DNA of 64,000 nt, taken from the IMG/VR virus record IMGVR_UViG_3300010401_000005, positions 6,113 to 70,112 of that record. One strand, written 5' to 3'. The position numbers were made by a program, and so were the translations under genes. This stretch comes from a virus. Position 1 is the stretch's first letter, and every line of letters begins with the position of its first letter. Of the stretch, positions 29,039 to 39,600 are shown in pieces. The notes under the pieces are model-generated. The model was not told the DNA's origin and did no database searches. It saw nothing but the letters and a program-made list of their open reading frames with translations.

Positions 29039-29398
29039 TTATGGCCCACCCGGAACTCCCGGACCAATCGGCACATACGAATCGTACAAACTCTGAATCG
29101 CCGCCTGCACCGCATCCTTATGCGCTTTCTTGATAATCGCTGCGAGGTTCCCCTGCCAGGTATGCACCACGTCGCGCACATGCTTGAGTTTGTCTACGTT
29201 GATCCTCGGCAGGGTCGGGATAGGCGGCGTGGTGATCTGCTCCGCATCAAAGTAGTCGGAATAGTCCGGGTCGTTCACCACCTCGTCTAAGAGTGCGTAC
29301 AAATCGGCGCGTTCGGTCTCGGTCATGGGAATGTCATCGGCGTCGGTGTTGGCGGCGTATGCCCATTGTGCGAGTAGTAAAAGGGTGAGTTCGTCCAT
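29039..29398 (-). CDS. hypothetical acidic protein
   Basis: AAGGAG RBS, follows giant gene. Confidence 0.65.
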   Translation of the reverse strand: MDELTLLLLAQWAYAANTDADDIPMTETERADLYALLDEVVNDPDYSDYFDAEQITTPPIPTLPRINVDKLKHVRDVVHTWQGNLAAIIKKAHKDAVQAAIQSLYDSYVPIGPGVPGGP

Positions 29399-29399
29399 A

Positions 29400-32300
29400 T
29401 TATCTCCTTCGGGGTGTGATACCCGGTGTTTTAGGCAGGTTGATTTTGACTTTTCCGTTCTTATCTATCTTCACAATAGACGCGCCTCGCTGATTGGTGG
29501 AACCTTTCACAGGCAGACGATTGCGAAGACCCGGGATGCCCTCCTGTACGGTCTGTGTGAATCCTTTTTGGTCTCTTGGCACTACCTTGCCCTGACTGTC
29601 TCTATCGCCCAACTTTGCGCCCTGCTGCACGATCTGCGGAATAATCAGTCTCTTCACATACTGCCCCGCCGCCTTACCACCGCTGCCCTCATCCTTCAGG
29701 GCGTCTGCCACCTGCGCGGTACTCTCAAGACCTGGTGCCTCTTCCGCCATTCCTCTGATTGCCTGGTACGCACCGCTGCCGACCTTCCCCACACCCGTTT
29801 CGGCTTTACTCTGCTCGAAGCCCCGGCGTACAGTCGCCCAGAACTGCACGGCTTCGAGGAATGGGTTATGCGACAGGATCTTTGGCACAGTCTTCCCGCC
29901 GATCTCCAGCCCACTCGCCTCCTTCGGTTCCCCGTCCGCACCTGTGCCGTAATCTGCACCGTGAGAGTAGAATCCTGCTGTCTGGAACCACTTCGGCTGT
30001 GCGATACCCAGATACATTGCCACAAGGCCCAGACTACCATACTTGTACGCCCGCAAGATGTTATCCGCGACTTCAGGCGACATGGCTTCTCCGCTCGTCT
30101 TCGCTTCTTTCAGGGCATCAAAGTGGAGTTTTGCGCCACGAGCAACGCCTAACCCGGTCATATCCACCGCCTTACCGATGTAGTTTGCCGGAATCTTGAC
30201 AATCGGTACCATCGTCCGCATGACGGCAGACAGGGTATTCAACGCACTGTTCGTCTGTGCTGAATACTTGCCCGACTTCGCCAGCATTTCAGGCTTACCG
30301 ACGATCCCGTTCAAAACATCCGAAAGGGCGTTGTCACCCTGTAACTTGACGTTTTGTGCATCTACGGCTGCGCCCATGCCGATTTTTGCTACCTCTTCTG
30401 GGGTGGACAAATCCACCCCTGCCGCCCGTGCTTTTTGCAGGCGGATTTCGAGAGCCTTATGAAACTGCCCCGTTTGCAGGAAAGACTTCATCGCACCATG
30501 CAGCCGCCCAATATACTTTAACGGTCCTTCGTTCGCATTGTCCACATGGAGGTCTTTTCCTGATTGCACATCAAGGGAGTTAAACCCGTTTATGATGGTA
30601 TCACGGGCATTGTTCAACGCTTCCCTACTCGCCATTTTCCGTAGCCCGGTCACTTCCGCAGACGGGCTGAAAGCGCCTTCACGGGGCGCAACTTCTCCGA
30701 GTGTCTTTCCTCCACCGGCAGGTAGTTTCGAGTAAGGCACGGAGGCAATATCGGCAAGGGCTTCAACGGGGGGTGCCCACAACGACGCGCCGCCCAACTT
30801 GGCAAACACGGAGACACCGGACAATTTGAACTGACGGGACATCTGCACGAACTTTTCGAGTGCGCTCTTGGGCTTCTGCGCCTCTATCCGCGCCTCTACC
30901 TGCTTCCGCAAATAATCCCGCTCCTGCATCAACTTCTGCACGTTCGCCGGAACCGCATCGGCCTTTGCCTTCCGCTCCGCTTTCGCTTTCTCGTTCGCCG
31001 TCTCCCACTTCTTCAATTCCTCCGGGGAAGACATCGCCCGCTCTAACTCTACCGCCTGCTTTTGAAGATCCTCAATCCGGTCTACTTTTGCCTTTGCATC
31101 GGCGCGTGCCTGCGGATCGCCTGCATACTTCGCCACATCCTTGTCCGAAATATCCGTCTGACTCTGCGCGGTCCTCTCCTTCGCCACTTGTTTACGGAGG
31201 TCGGCAAGTTGCTGCTCAAGTGCTGTCCTTGTAGGCTTCACGCCCGGTACAGTTGGCTTCAAATTACCTGTCGTGAGTTGTTCGGTCAGGTCGTCAATCT
31301 TCCCTTGAATGATTGCCTCTCGCTTTGCACTCGCTTCTTTCGCTCTCTCTGCTTTTGCCGCTGCCGCCTTTGCGTCTGCCGCTCTCTGAGGATTTGCTGC
31401 GTTGTCCGCGATTATCTGCTCAGATATTGGAATCTGTGCCGTGCGTTCCTTCGCCAACTGTACGCGGAGGTCTTTCAACTCCTGCTGCTGTGGCGATAAC
31501 GTTCCTGGTTCCCGCTTTGCCAGAGGCTTCAAGTTCCCGCTCTCCAACTGTTGCCGAATGTCGTCGATCTTGGCCTGTAAATCCTGAATCCGCTTCGGTC
31601 GGGCTGCTGCTTCTTTCCCCTCGTTTACCGCATCCCGTATCGCATACAGCACGTCGGGCACCGCATTGACAACGTTTGCGGCGCGGGTAGGCGCATTAGC
31701 GGTGTAGGCGGCTCTGAGGATTGCTTTTTCTGCCGGTACCAACTGCTCGTCATGGATGAGTTTATCCAGTATCCGAGGGCTACCGTCTTCTTCTGTGATG
31801 GCGTCGAGGAATGCCGATGCCTTCTGCCACCCCATACGCTTACCCAGAACCTCCGTAAAGTTAGAGGGTTCGGGTATCGTCTTCGCGTCGGGCAACTTCT
31901 GTGCTTCCGCCTTCACCTGCGCCCAGACGTGCTGCAACGTTGCGTCGTCGGCATTAGGTACGTCTTCGCGCATCCGTGCCGCCCAATCTCCGAACTTGCG
32001 GATACCGCCTTCAAGGTAATACCCGCCCACTTCTACGAGGTCGGGAATGAGGGAAGCGAGATGCGCCGCTGTCTGTGCGCCGAAGGGGTCTGCCTGTACC
32101 CCGATCTGTTTGAGTTTGTCGGCAATTCTCTGCTTCGCTTCGGCGGCTTTATCTGCCGTAAAGACAGTATTCTTGCTTCCGAAGTTTGTAGCCAACGGTT
32201 CCGGCGTACTCTGTGCGCTCTTGTTCTGTTGCTGACGTACCGAAGCAGGTTTCTTCTGCGCTTCAAGTGCCGCAAGTGCCGCGTCAAGTTCTGCTTGTTT

Positions 32301-35300
32301 CGCTTTCAAGGCATCGGCTGAATCTTTTAATTGCTTTGCGACAGTAGCGGAAACGTCACTTCCCTTCGCTCTTGTTGCCATTGAAACAACATCGGGTGCG
32401 CTAGAGTAGTCTCGAATGACAATCATCTTGCGGGCATTAAACGCCGCCGATTGCTCCCGTCCACCCTTCACAAGTGCATCTTCGTTGAGGTTCGCGGCTT
32501 GCTGTACGGCGTCAAGATCCGCCTGCCGCTCCGCAATCTTCAACTTATCGCCGCCCGCTATGGCTTCATCCAATGCCTTACCTGCACGCTCGTAATCTGC
32601 TTTGATGCGTGTTCGGTCAAACGTCAACGCCCCGATTTCTACGGCGTCTAGCGGGCGCGGCTTGTCGGCAACCTTCTGCGCAAGTTCCACCGGGTTGATT
32701 TGCCGAACGCTTTCATCCCGACTATCGAATGCCTGCACCGATGCCTTGCCCTGAACATAAGCGTCTCCCATTTTGGTATAAAGTTGACGCTCTACCGGAG
32801 TCATGCCTCTCTGTGCGCGCTCCGCTTCCGTGATAGCGTTCTTCGCGCCTGTCGTTTGAGGGATAGGCTTTATTGGCGCTGTGGGGGCTTCTGTGGCAGC
32901 TTTTGGCGGTTCTACCGGCGACGTTGTAGGCGGGCGTGTCGGCGGTTTCACGGGAGGAGGAGACCCGGTTTTAGGCGTTGGGTTTTCAACGGGACGTTCG
33001 AGGGTTTCCGTAGACGCAATCTGCCCGGAGACTTCTCGGAAATGCTGCAACGACGCGTCATAGATCGCCTGCAAATGCGGACGCACCGCCTCCCCGAATT
33101 CCTCCACCATTGCCTTCGACCAATCGGCAAAGGCGGTTGCACCCCTTACCAGATGGTCGGCACCGATGGCAAGGATGTCCGAGAGGTCGTAGTGTTCGAG
33201 ACCTTTGAAGACGTTCGGGCCGGTGTTTAGGGTGCCGCCTTTGGCTTTGCGTTTGGCGGCGTTTTCGCGGGCTTTGTCGGCGGCGTCGGAGATACGTTCG
33301 ACGATAGACGGCTTTACTTCTTGGGTGAAGAGACCGGTGTCTTCCACGCCCCGACTAACTTGTGGTGTTCCGGGTTCGGAGAGTCCGCTAACACCTGATC
33401 CGCTATTGAGTGAAACTGCTCCGGGGTTAGCGAGGTCCGCGACGCTTCTGCCGACGTGCGGACGGAGGGCGTCTGCAAGTTGCCCTGCGGCTTGTTCTTT
33501 TGTAAGTCTGCCATTTCCAACCTCTCCCGCAAGACGGGCAATTTCTGCCTTTACCGTGTCTTGCTGATACAACAAATTGAGACGTTCCGCAAGGGCTTTG
33601 TTGCTCTCAGCCATGCCCTGCGCTTCGGTCTGTCGTGCCGCTTCGTCTATGTGTTCGCCTTCGCGCAATCGTGCGCCGACAGGCTTCAATAGATTACTAC
33701 GTTCGGCAGACAGTTTCCTGCTTACGGCTTCCTTTAAGTCTACCCTAATTCCTCTTGTAGACTTTGCCGCTTCAAACTCCCCGCCGAAAAGATCCACTTG
33801 CCCCGACTTATCCGCAGCGAGTGTTCCATTCCTCTGGTCCTCAAGATACTCTAATGCAAGTTTCTGACCCTTCGCGTGCGTGGTATCGCCCCGTGTTGCG
33901 GATTCATCTATCGCGCCGTGCTGTGCTTCGGGTGTGAGACCTTCAACGCTCCCGATACCTGCCGCAACCGCTTCCGGTACGTCGCCGGATCGGACACGGT
34001 TCAAAGAGGCTTCGTCAAGGGACATCAGTCCGCCCATGTTGCGGGCCATGTCGCCGGTCGTGGAAATCCCGCTTTTAGAGAAGTCTTCGGGCTTCATTCC
34101 TAACCCCTGCATGACTTCAATAGCATCTAAAGCGGTTCCTTTGCCGTCGCGGACGTTCTCCAACGCACCGCGAGCGCGAGCCGCCTGCATGGTCCATCCG
34201 TCTTTAGCGTCCAGCACATTGACCGGAATATCATTCGGGACACTGACAGGTTTTCCGTCCGGCCCGATCTTCACAAAGGACTTTGCACGGTTGGCAAGTT
34301 CTGCCCGGTGGTGTCCATTCACCGCGTAGTTATTGCCGTTCTCATCGCGCCATACCGTAAGGCGTCCGCCCTGATCTACGTCATAAACATCGGTTCCTTT
34401 GAGCACATCTGTCACTCCGGCTTTTGTGTCCACAATGCCCGACTTTTTGTACTGCATTCCGGGCAAGACTTTGATTTCAGCAGGCTTGAGTGTATCGGTT
34501 TTCACTGTCGGGGCGGTCGTAGGTTGCGGAACTTCGGCAGGCGTCAACTCCCGCGCCGGTGCTATCGGCGGAGTAACCCCCGCTTCCGGTGCTACCGTTT
34601 CAGGCACCTGCTGACGAGAAGCATTGATAGCCGCCACCCTCTGCCGTGCCGCTTCTGCCGCCGCCGTTATCTTTGCCACATATTCCGGCTGTGTGGGCGT
34701 AGAAACGTCAGGGGGCGTAACAGTCGGGGGAATAGGGTTTGCGATCTCTCCTGCCTGTACAGACGGCGTAGCGGCGTTCTGAGATGCAGACGGCTCCGCA
34801 ACAGGTTCAGGAATACGAGGAACGCTAAACGTCTCCTTCGTCTGCACATTCTGCACCGTCGCCGTTCTTTTATTCCCACCCGTCACCCGCAGTTTCGTTC
34901 CGTCCGTTGCATGAACCGTCTCCCCTGGTCGCGCCTCCGTCAGATCCATATTCACCACCGGCTGCGGTGAGGGGTGCCGTAATCTTTGTTGTTCGAGGAA
35001 TGCAGGGACTTCGGCAGGCGGCATGGTCTCTTTTGCGCCCGGAATATCCCCCCGTTTCGGCGTCTGAATCGTAAAGTTATCCCCGTCCAACGTCACCCGC
35101 GTCGGCACGGACTTCCCTTCAGCGTCAATCAGCGGCGTGACGGCAGAATCGTGACCTTTCGTTATGTGTGCGGCAATGAGGGTACCGAACACGGTCCCTG
35201 CGCCCGCCCGTCCCGCTTTCTCGTAATCGCCCTTCTGTATGGCGTCCACAAACTCAGGCGCATTTGTTCCCAACTGGTCGAGCGCAAATCCTGCCTCTGC

Positions 35301-36191
35301 CAACTTCTGCGCAATCCCTCCGAGTTGACCGAGTTTGCCTAATCCGCCGACAAAGGCACCCCCTGCAAGCATCAGAGGATCGTTCAACAGCCCGGTGCCG
35401 ACAGAGGAAACGCCATGCGCTGCGTCATAGGTGGGGTTGCCGGGTGCCATCGCCGCCGAAATCTGCGGGTAGGCATTCAACTGCCGCGCCGTCTCTTCGG
35501 GCGCAACAATCGCCTGCGCGGGTGGAGTCGCCATATTCGCCGCTGTCCCGCCCACCTGCGCTAAAGTATCGTTCATCTTCTCAGAAGAAATGCCGACTTT
35601 GCCGAGGAAATCTTTTTTCTGCCACGCCGGAGCGTTCTCCCAATACTGCTTTACTGCTTGTGGGCTTGCAAGATGCAGTCCTACAAGCGCCGTCGCCAAC
35701 TTATCCCCGAATGCAGACGACAGATCGGAATAGCCGGGTATCGCGCCTGGTCCCGTCCCACTTCCCACCTTCACGCCCAACAGTTTACTTTGCGTATCGT
35801 CAGGGTTGCCCGAAACCACATTCCCGCCCGCAACGTTCTGATACTGCTGCGCAAAGTTGGGGACGCCGGGAATAGGTATCGCGGTCGTCGGCGGTGCGAA
35901 GGGGTTGGTGGTCGGCACCATCGGGGCAGGATTGGCAAAGGCGTTTCCTGTGGCAGTCGAGAGCATCGTCTGCGCGGCAGTAGGTCGTGAGGCAGTTTTG
36001 GCGCGTTGAACAGGGACAGAGGCGGCACCGAGCGCGGCACCGGAAAGAATACCAAGTCCGGGGTTTGCGGCAGGCGTGGGGGTGGGCTTCCCGAATACCT
36101 TGTCGGAAATCTCGTCTATCTCATCGTCCGACAGAGGATTGTCGGCTTCAATGACCTTTGTTTGACCATTGCGTGAGAGTTGGTAACGCAT
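29400..36191 (-). CDS. giant ejected/internal virion polyvalent protein with ParB-like domain
   Basis: 2263 aa, Ala/Pro-rich linkers, internal LTVW...YAVNGHHR ParB-like motif, position after pilot proteins. Confidence 0.8.
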   Translation of the reverse strand: MRYQLSRNGQTKVIEADNPLSDDEIDEISDKVFGKPTPTPAANPGLGILSGAALGAASVPVQRAKTASRPTAAQTMLSTATGNAFANPAPMVPTTNPFAPPTTAIPIPGVPNFAQQYQNVAGGNVVSGNPDDTQSKLLGVKVGSGTGPGAIPGYSDLSSAFGDKLATALVGLHLASPQAVKQYWENAPAWQKKDFLGKVGISSEKMNDTLAQVGGTAANMATPPAQAIVAPEETARQLNAYPQISAAMAPGNPTYDAAHGVSSVGTGLLNDPLMLAGGAFVGGLGKLGQLGGIAQKLAEAGFALDQLGTNAPEFVDAIQKGDYEKAGRAGAGTVFGTLIAAHITKGHDSAVTPLIDAEGKSVPTRVTLDGDNFTIQTPKRGDIPGAKETMPPAEVPAFLEQQRLRHPSPQPVVNMDLTEARPGETVHATDGTKLRVTGGNKRTATVQNVQTKETFSVPRIPEPVAEPSASQNAATPSVQAGEIANPIPPTVTPPDVSTPTQPEYVAKITAAAEAARQRVAAINASRQQVPETVAPEAGVTPPIAPARELTPAEVPQPTTAPTVKTDTLKPAEIKVLPGMQYKKSGIVDTKAGVTDVLKGTDVYDVDQGGRLTVWRDENGNNYAVNGHHRAELANRAKSFVKIGPDGKPVSVPNDIPVNVLDAKDGWTMQAARARGALENVRDGKGTALDAIEVMQGLGMKPEDFSKSGISTTGDMARNMGGLMSLDEASLNRVRSGDVPEAVAAGIGSVEGLTPEAQHGAIDESATRGDTTHAKGQKLALEYLEDQRNGTLAADKSGQVDLFGGEFEAAKSTRGIRVDLKEAVSRKLSAERSNLLKPVGARLREGEHIDEAARQTEAQGMAESNKALAERLNLLYQQDTVKAEIARLAGEVGNGRLTKEQAAGQLADALRPHVGRSVADLANPGAVSLNSGSGVSGLSEPGTPQVSRGVEDTGLFTQEVKPSIVERISDAADKARENAAKRKAKGGTLNTGPNVFKGLEHYDLSDILAIGADHLVRGATAFADWSKAMVEEFGEAVRPHLQAIYDASLQHFREVSGQIASTETLERPVENPTPKTGSPPPVKPPTRPPTTSPVEPPKAATEAPTAPIKPIPQTTGAKNAITEAERAQRGMTPVERQLYTKMGDAYVQGKASVQAFDSRDESVRQINPVELAQKVADKPRPLDAVEIGALTFDRTRIKADYERAGKALDEAIAGGDKLKIAERQADLDAVQQAANLNEDALVKGGREQSAAFNARKMIVIRDYSSAPDVVSMATRAKGSDVSATVAKQLKDSADALKAKQAELDAALAALEAQKKPASVRQQQNKSAQSTPEPLATNFGSKNTVFTADKAAEAKQRIADKLKQIGVQADPFGAQTAAHLASLIPDLVEVGGYYLEGGIRKFGDWAARMREDVPNADDATLQHVWAQVKAEAQKLPDAKTIPEPSNFTEVLGKRMGWQKASAFLDAITEEDGSPRILDKLIHDEQLVPAEKAILRAAYTANAPTRAANVVNAVPDVLYAIRDAVNEGKEAAARPKRIQDLQAKIDDIRQQLESGNLKPLAKREPGTLSPQQQELKDLRVQLAKERTAQIPISEQIIADNAANPQRAADAKAAAAKAERAKEASAKREAIIQGKIDDLTEQLTTGNLKPTVPGVKPTRTALEQQLADLRKQVAKERTAQSQTDISDKDVAKYAGDPQARADAKAKVDRIEDLQKQAVELERAMSSPEELKKWETANEKAKAERKAKADAVPANVQKLMQERDYLRKQVEARIEAQKPKSALEKFVQMSRQFKLSGVSVFAKLGGASLWAPPVEALADIASVPYSKLPAGGGKTLGEVAPREGAFSPSAEVTGLRKMASREALNNARDTIINGFNSLDVQSGKDLHVDNANEGPLKYIGRLHGAMKSFLQTGQFHKALEIRLQKARAAGVDLSTPEEVAKIGMGAAVDAQNVKLQGDNALSDVLNGIVGKPEMLAKSGKYSAQTNSALNTLSAVMRTMVPIVKIPANYIGKAVDMTGLGVARGAKLHFDALKEAKTSGEAMSPEVADNILRAYKYGSLGLVAMYLGIAQPKWFQTAGFYSHGADYGTGADGEPKEASGLEIGGKTVPKILSHNPFLEAVQFWATVRRGFEQSKAETGVGKVGSGAYQAIRGMAEEAPGLESTAQVADALKDEGSGGKAAGQYVKRLIIPQIVQQGAKLGDRDSQGKVVPRDQKGFTQTVQEGIPGLRNRLPVKGSTNQRGASIVKIDKNGKVKINLPKTPGITPRRR

Positions 36192-37799
36192 TTATGGAAG
36201 TACCCTGTACGTCGTGCCTTTTTTGGTGGTGCCTGCCGTGCCTCGCGGTTTTGGTTTGATTGTCCCTGTCGGCTTTGCTTTCGGCGTAGAGACAGCAGGC
36301 GGTCCCGATGTCTGCTCCCAACTCCCGCCATTGAACCGAAACCACTGTCCGGTCTTACCGCCGTCACTACTCGAAAAGTACGGTTCGCCCTGTTTTGGAT
36401 TGGCAGGGAACCCGTGAGAGGAGGATGCGCCACCTGTGAGGACGGACATTCCAGAATCCGTACTTCCCTTCACCGGCGCACCTGTAGAAGTAATCTCCTG
36501 CCGATGCTGCTCTAACAAATCCCGCCACGGTCGCGCCTTTTGTTCGCTCGCGTTGATCTCATCTGCGTGACGCCTGATGTCCATATCTATGCCGGAAATA
36601 ATCCCCGGTCCCGTTCGCTGCAATACCTGCCAATCTTGATACGCCTTTACGTTGGATTGCGGCGGCTCGGGCGCGTTCATCAGATCGCTAATCGTCTGCT
36701 TCCTCTGTACTAGTGTGCTATTGGTCTGCTTGAGAGCGGAGATATTCTTGTCGTACTTGTCTACCGTCCCCTGCAAGCCACGCAAGGCAGTCACGGCTTT
36801 GAAGTCCGTCGTATGCCCTCCGCTATCCAGCCTCGCGTATCCGAGGGCTTGCTGCGCGACATGGTAAGCTTTCTCTGCTTCTACCCGCGCATTCGCCGTT
36901 GCCTCTATCGCCTTATCATGGCGAGAACGCTCCTCCGTGGTCTTGTCCCGGTCAGTGTACATGCTGATAAGGTTCTGCACCTTCGGGTCACGCAAGGCAT
37001 TTTCCGTCGCTGTTCGGGCTTGCAAGTTCTCCGTTGTCGCCTGCTGTTGTCCGATCTTTGCAGCCACCCCCGGCAATGGTGCAGACGACAATCCCCCCTG
37101 TCCTGCCTGCATACGGTCAATGATGCTGAACGGGTTGTCGGCAGGCGTCTGATAGTTGAGTTGTGGCGTCTGGAGTGGATTCGGTGCGCCTCCTACCCCT
37201 GACGGTACGGCAGGCGGAATAACCGATGGCGCCACACTTGTAGCCTGTCCGAAGGGTGATTGCCCCTGCTGTTCACCTTGCTGCCCGCCGACTTGCGAGA
37301 ACGGATGCAGATTGTTCTGCCCCATGTGCGCGGCAGTTTCAGGTGTCAACGGATTCCCCTGATGGTCAAACTGATGCGCTAAGATCATGGCCTGCGTGTA
37401 AGCGTCCAGCGATCCCGCACCGCCCGCCCGCGCCTGCTTGTACACATCCATGAACTTATCCGCAAACACTTTCCCGTACTGCTGCTTCAACTTCTCCAAT
37501 CCGAGCATTATCTGCCCGTCATGGTATTCGTCGGATTGCTTCGTCTTGGTGATGTCCAACTGATGCCGCTGCGTGGCGAGGTCATTCTCGAAATCCTGTT
37601 GCTTCTGGCCTGCACCGAACGCCCTGTCCGTGTTCGCCTGACGCTGCGTGTCCTGCGTCTGCTGATACGCCGTCTGTGCCGCCAGTGCGTCCTGTGCGGC
37701 GTCCTGCGCGTCCTGTTGGGCCTGCTGATCGACGCGGCGCATTTGGAGTGCCTGACCGCCTTGATAGCCGGAAACAAAGGTACTGAATGGATTGTCCAT
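36192..37799 (-). CDS. internal virion/ejection protein
   Basis: Gln/Ala-rich coiled coil; start MDNPF after AAGGAG; synteny. Confidence 0.7.
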   Translation of the reverse strand: MDNPFSTFVSGYQGGQALQMRRVDQQAQQDAQDAAQDALAAQTAYQQTQDTQRQANTDRAFGAGQKQQDFENDLATQRHQLDITKTKQSDEYHDGQIMLGLEKLKQQYGKVFADKFMDVYKQARAGGAGSLDAYTQAMILAHQFDHQGNPLTPETAAHMGQNNLHPFSQVGGQQGEQQGQSPFGQATSVAPSVIPPAVPSGVGGAPNPLQTPQLNYQTPADNPFSIIDRMQAGQGGLSSAPLPGVAAKIGQQQATTENLQARTATENALRDPKVQNLISMYTDRDKTTEERSRHDKAIEATANARVEAEKAYHVAQQALGYARLDSGGHTTDFKAVTALRGLQGTVDKYDKNISALKQTNSTLVQRKQTISDLMNAPEPPQSNVKAYQDWQVLQRTGPGIISGIDMDIRRHADEINASEQKARPWRDLLEQHRQEITSTGAPVKGSTDSGMSVLTGGASSSHGFPANPKQGEPYFSSSDGGKTGQWFRFNGGSWEQTSGPPAVSTPKAKPTGTIKPKPRGTAGTTKKGTTYRVLP

Positions 37800-37812
37800 A
37801 ATTCCCGACTCC

Positions 37813-38721
37813 TTAATAGCCGTAATTACCCGGCGACGTGCCAAACATCGGGTAATCCGTCAGGCTGTTCCCCGCATACGCCCCGAACGGATTAGAACTT
37901 GCCGACGATGCCCACGGCAGGGCGGCAGGCTGTTGTGTGAAGGGGTTGTCGGCAGAGAACGGGCCGAGGTTGGTATAATCCGCCGTCTGATTGTTCCCGC
38001 TCCCCGAACCCGATGTCGCCCCATGACCCCCGAAGATGTTAGGCAAGGAACCGAATCCGCCACCGGAACCGAACCCGACAAGATTCGTCAACCCACCGAG
38101 GGAATTGTTAAAGTTCGCATCGCTCTGGTTCTGCTGCTGTTGGTACTGGTTCGCCGCCGTCTGCGTCTGCCCCGCGAGGTTCGCCGTCCCACCTGCCGCC
38201 GTCTCCTGCTGCCCCGTCCCTACCTGATTGATCCCCTGAAGGTACTGCATTAGCTGCTGGAGGGCGTTCTGCCGGTCGGTCTTCGCCTGCTCCCCGAAAG
38301 CGGCTTGATGCTGACTTATCAGACCACCGAAGCCCTGCCGGATGTTGGCCTCGGCATTGGCGATATAGCGGGGGTCGTTTATGCCTTTTTGGGCGAGCGA
38401 GTTTCTGAGTTGTTCAATAGCCGTGTTTTGACGCTTGGTAAGGTCGTCTACATGGCCGTTTAGAATGGTCTGCTGATCGGGAGTTAGTGCGAAGGGATTC
38501 CCGATCTTACCGTTTACATCTTGATTGATACCGGCATTGGCCTTGAAGTTGCTAATCAGTCCCGGCACCTGGGAGGAGAACATCTGTGTGTTCGCGCCAC
38601 CTTCGTTGCTGAGGGTGTTGTATTGGTTTCCGGCGTTCGTGCGAAAGCCTGCCGCCGTGGATGCGTTGGCGTCTGCTTGATGCTGATTTGATTGATCTCC
38701 GTGAATCCCTAGTAAACTCAT
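37813..38721 (-). CDS. internal virion/DNA pilot protein
   Basis: Gln/Asn/Gly-rich, follows GNAT as in podovirus ejection modules. Confidence 0.7.
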   Translation of the reverse strand: MSLLGIHGDQSNQHQADANASTAAGFRTNAGNQYNTLSNEGGANTQMFSSQVPGLISNFKANAGINQDVNGKIGNPFALTPDQQTILNGHVDDLTKRQNTAIEQLRNSLAQKGINDPRYIANAEANIRQGFGGLISQHQAAFGEQAKTDRQNALQQLMQYLQGINQVGTGQQETAAGGTANLAGQTQTAANQYQQQQNQSDANFNNSLGGLTNLVGFGSGGGFGSLPNIFGGHGATSGSGSGNNQTADYTNLGPFSADNPFTQQPAALPWASSASSNPFGAYAGNSLTDYPMFGTSPGNYGY

Positions 38722-38726
38722 GTCGT

Positions 38727-39209
38727 TTATTTACCTCGCTTTAACAAGGCTTGTCCTACCTCGTCAACACTCCCTACCTTGATAGTCGCCACCGTCTTAA
38801 ATCCCAACGCCGCGAAAGGCTTGTGTGGACTGCCTGCCGCTTCGGTCAACATGAACTGCTCCGCGCCCCGTGTCGACAGGTGCTCATACGCAAACAGCAG
38901 AAGACGGTACACCGTTCGGGGAGATTGGCCTTTGTTCATCCAGAGGTTCCCGATCTCCACCGTTCGCGCACCGAACCAATCTTCTCTCCACTTCGCGCAG
39001 AGACTTCCCACTACCTTGCCGTCTACTTCGCATACAAACGCATTCCCGGTACTCACCGCTTCATCTACCATCCGACAGATGCGGGCAGGTTGCGCAACTT
39101 GTAGGTCGGACACCTCGACGACGTTTTGAATGTGCTGTCCGAGTGTCAGAATGTCGCGGCATTGGGCTAGTCGGAATACGATTTCCATGCTGACAGTATA
39201 CCACGCCAT
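38727..39209 (-). CDS. GNAT-fold acetyltransferase-like protein
   Basis: FRLA..D, AFVCEVDGKVVG, F.ALGF pattern. Confidence 0.7.
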   Translation of the reverse strand: MAWYTVSMEIVFRLAQCRDILTLGQHIQNVVEVSDLQVAQPARICRMVDEAVSTGNAFVCEVDGKVVGSLCAKWREDWFGARTVEIGNLWMNKGQSPRTVYRLLLFAYEHLSTRGAEQFMLTEAAGSPHKPFAALGFKTVATIKVGSVDEVGQALLKRGK

Positions 39210-39587
39210 TCAGTACCGATAGATAAGTTCGGCAACGTCACCCCCCACCGTTTTCTGCACCCAGACCGAGGTGACAATACCGGGATTGAAGATACCGATG
39301 GTTCCGCCCGGTATCCACTGGCCTGTTCCCGAAGTCGGAGCAGTAGCGGAATTCAACTTGACACGGATCGGACTTCCTGCCGCGTTACTGCCATCCGTGG
39401 AGACTACCGCCAACGCGCCTAATTGAATACCTGAATCCACCCCCGGAAAAGGCGTCTTGCCCGCCGCCGCTAATGCTGCTAAACTTGCATAGTCCACGCC
39501 ATCTGTAGCGATAACGCGATAGGATGTAGAACTTGCAGAGAACTTTGCGACGGGCGTCTCGTTGGGATATTGAGGAAAGACAATCAT
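39210..39587 (-). CDS. small beta-rich structural protein
   Basis: 125 aa in tail module, AAGGA RBS. Confidence 0.65.
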   Translation of the reverse strand: MIVFPQYPNETPVAKFSASSTSYRVIATDGVDYASLAALAAAGKTPFPGVDSGIQLGALAVVSTDGSNAAGSPIRVKLNSATAPTSGTGQWIPGGTIGIFNPGIVTSVWVQKTVGGDVAELIYRY

Positions 39588-39600
39588 GGTTTATTTCCTT

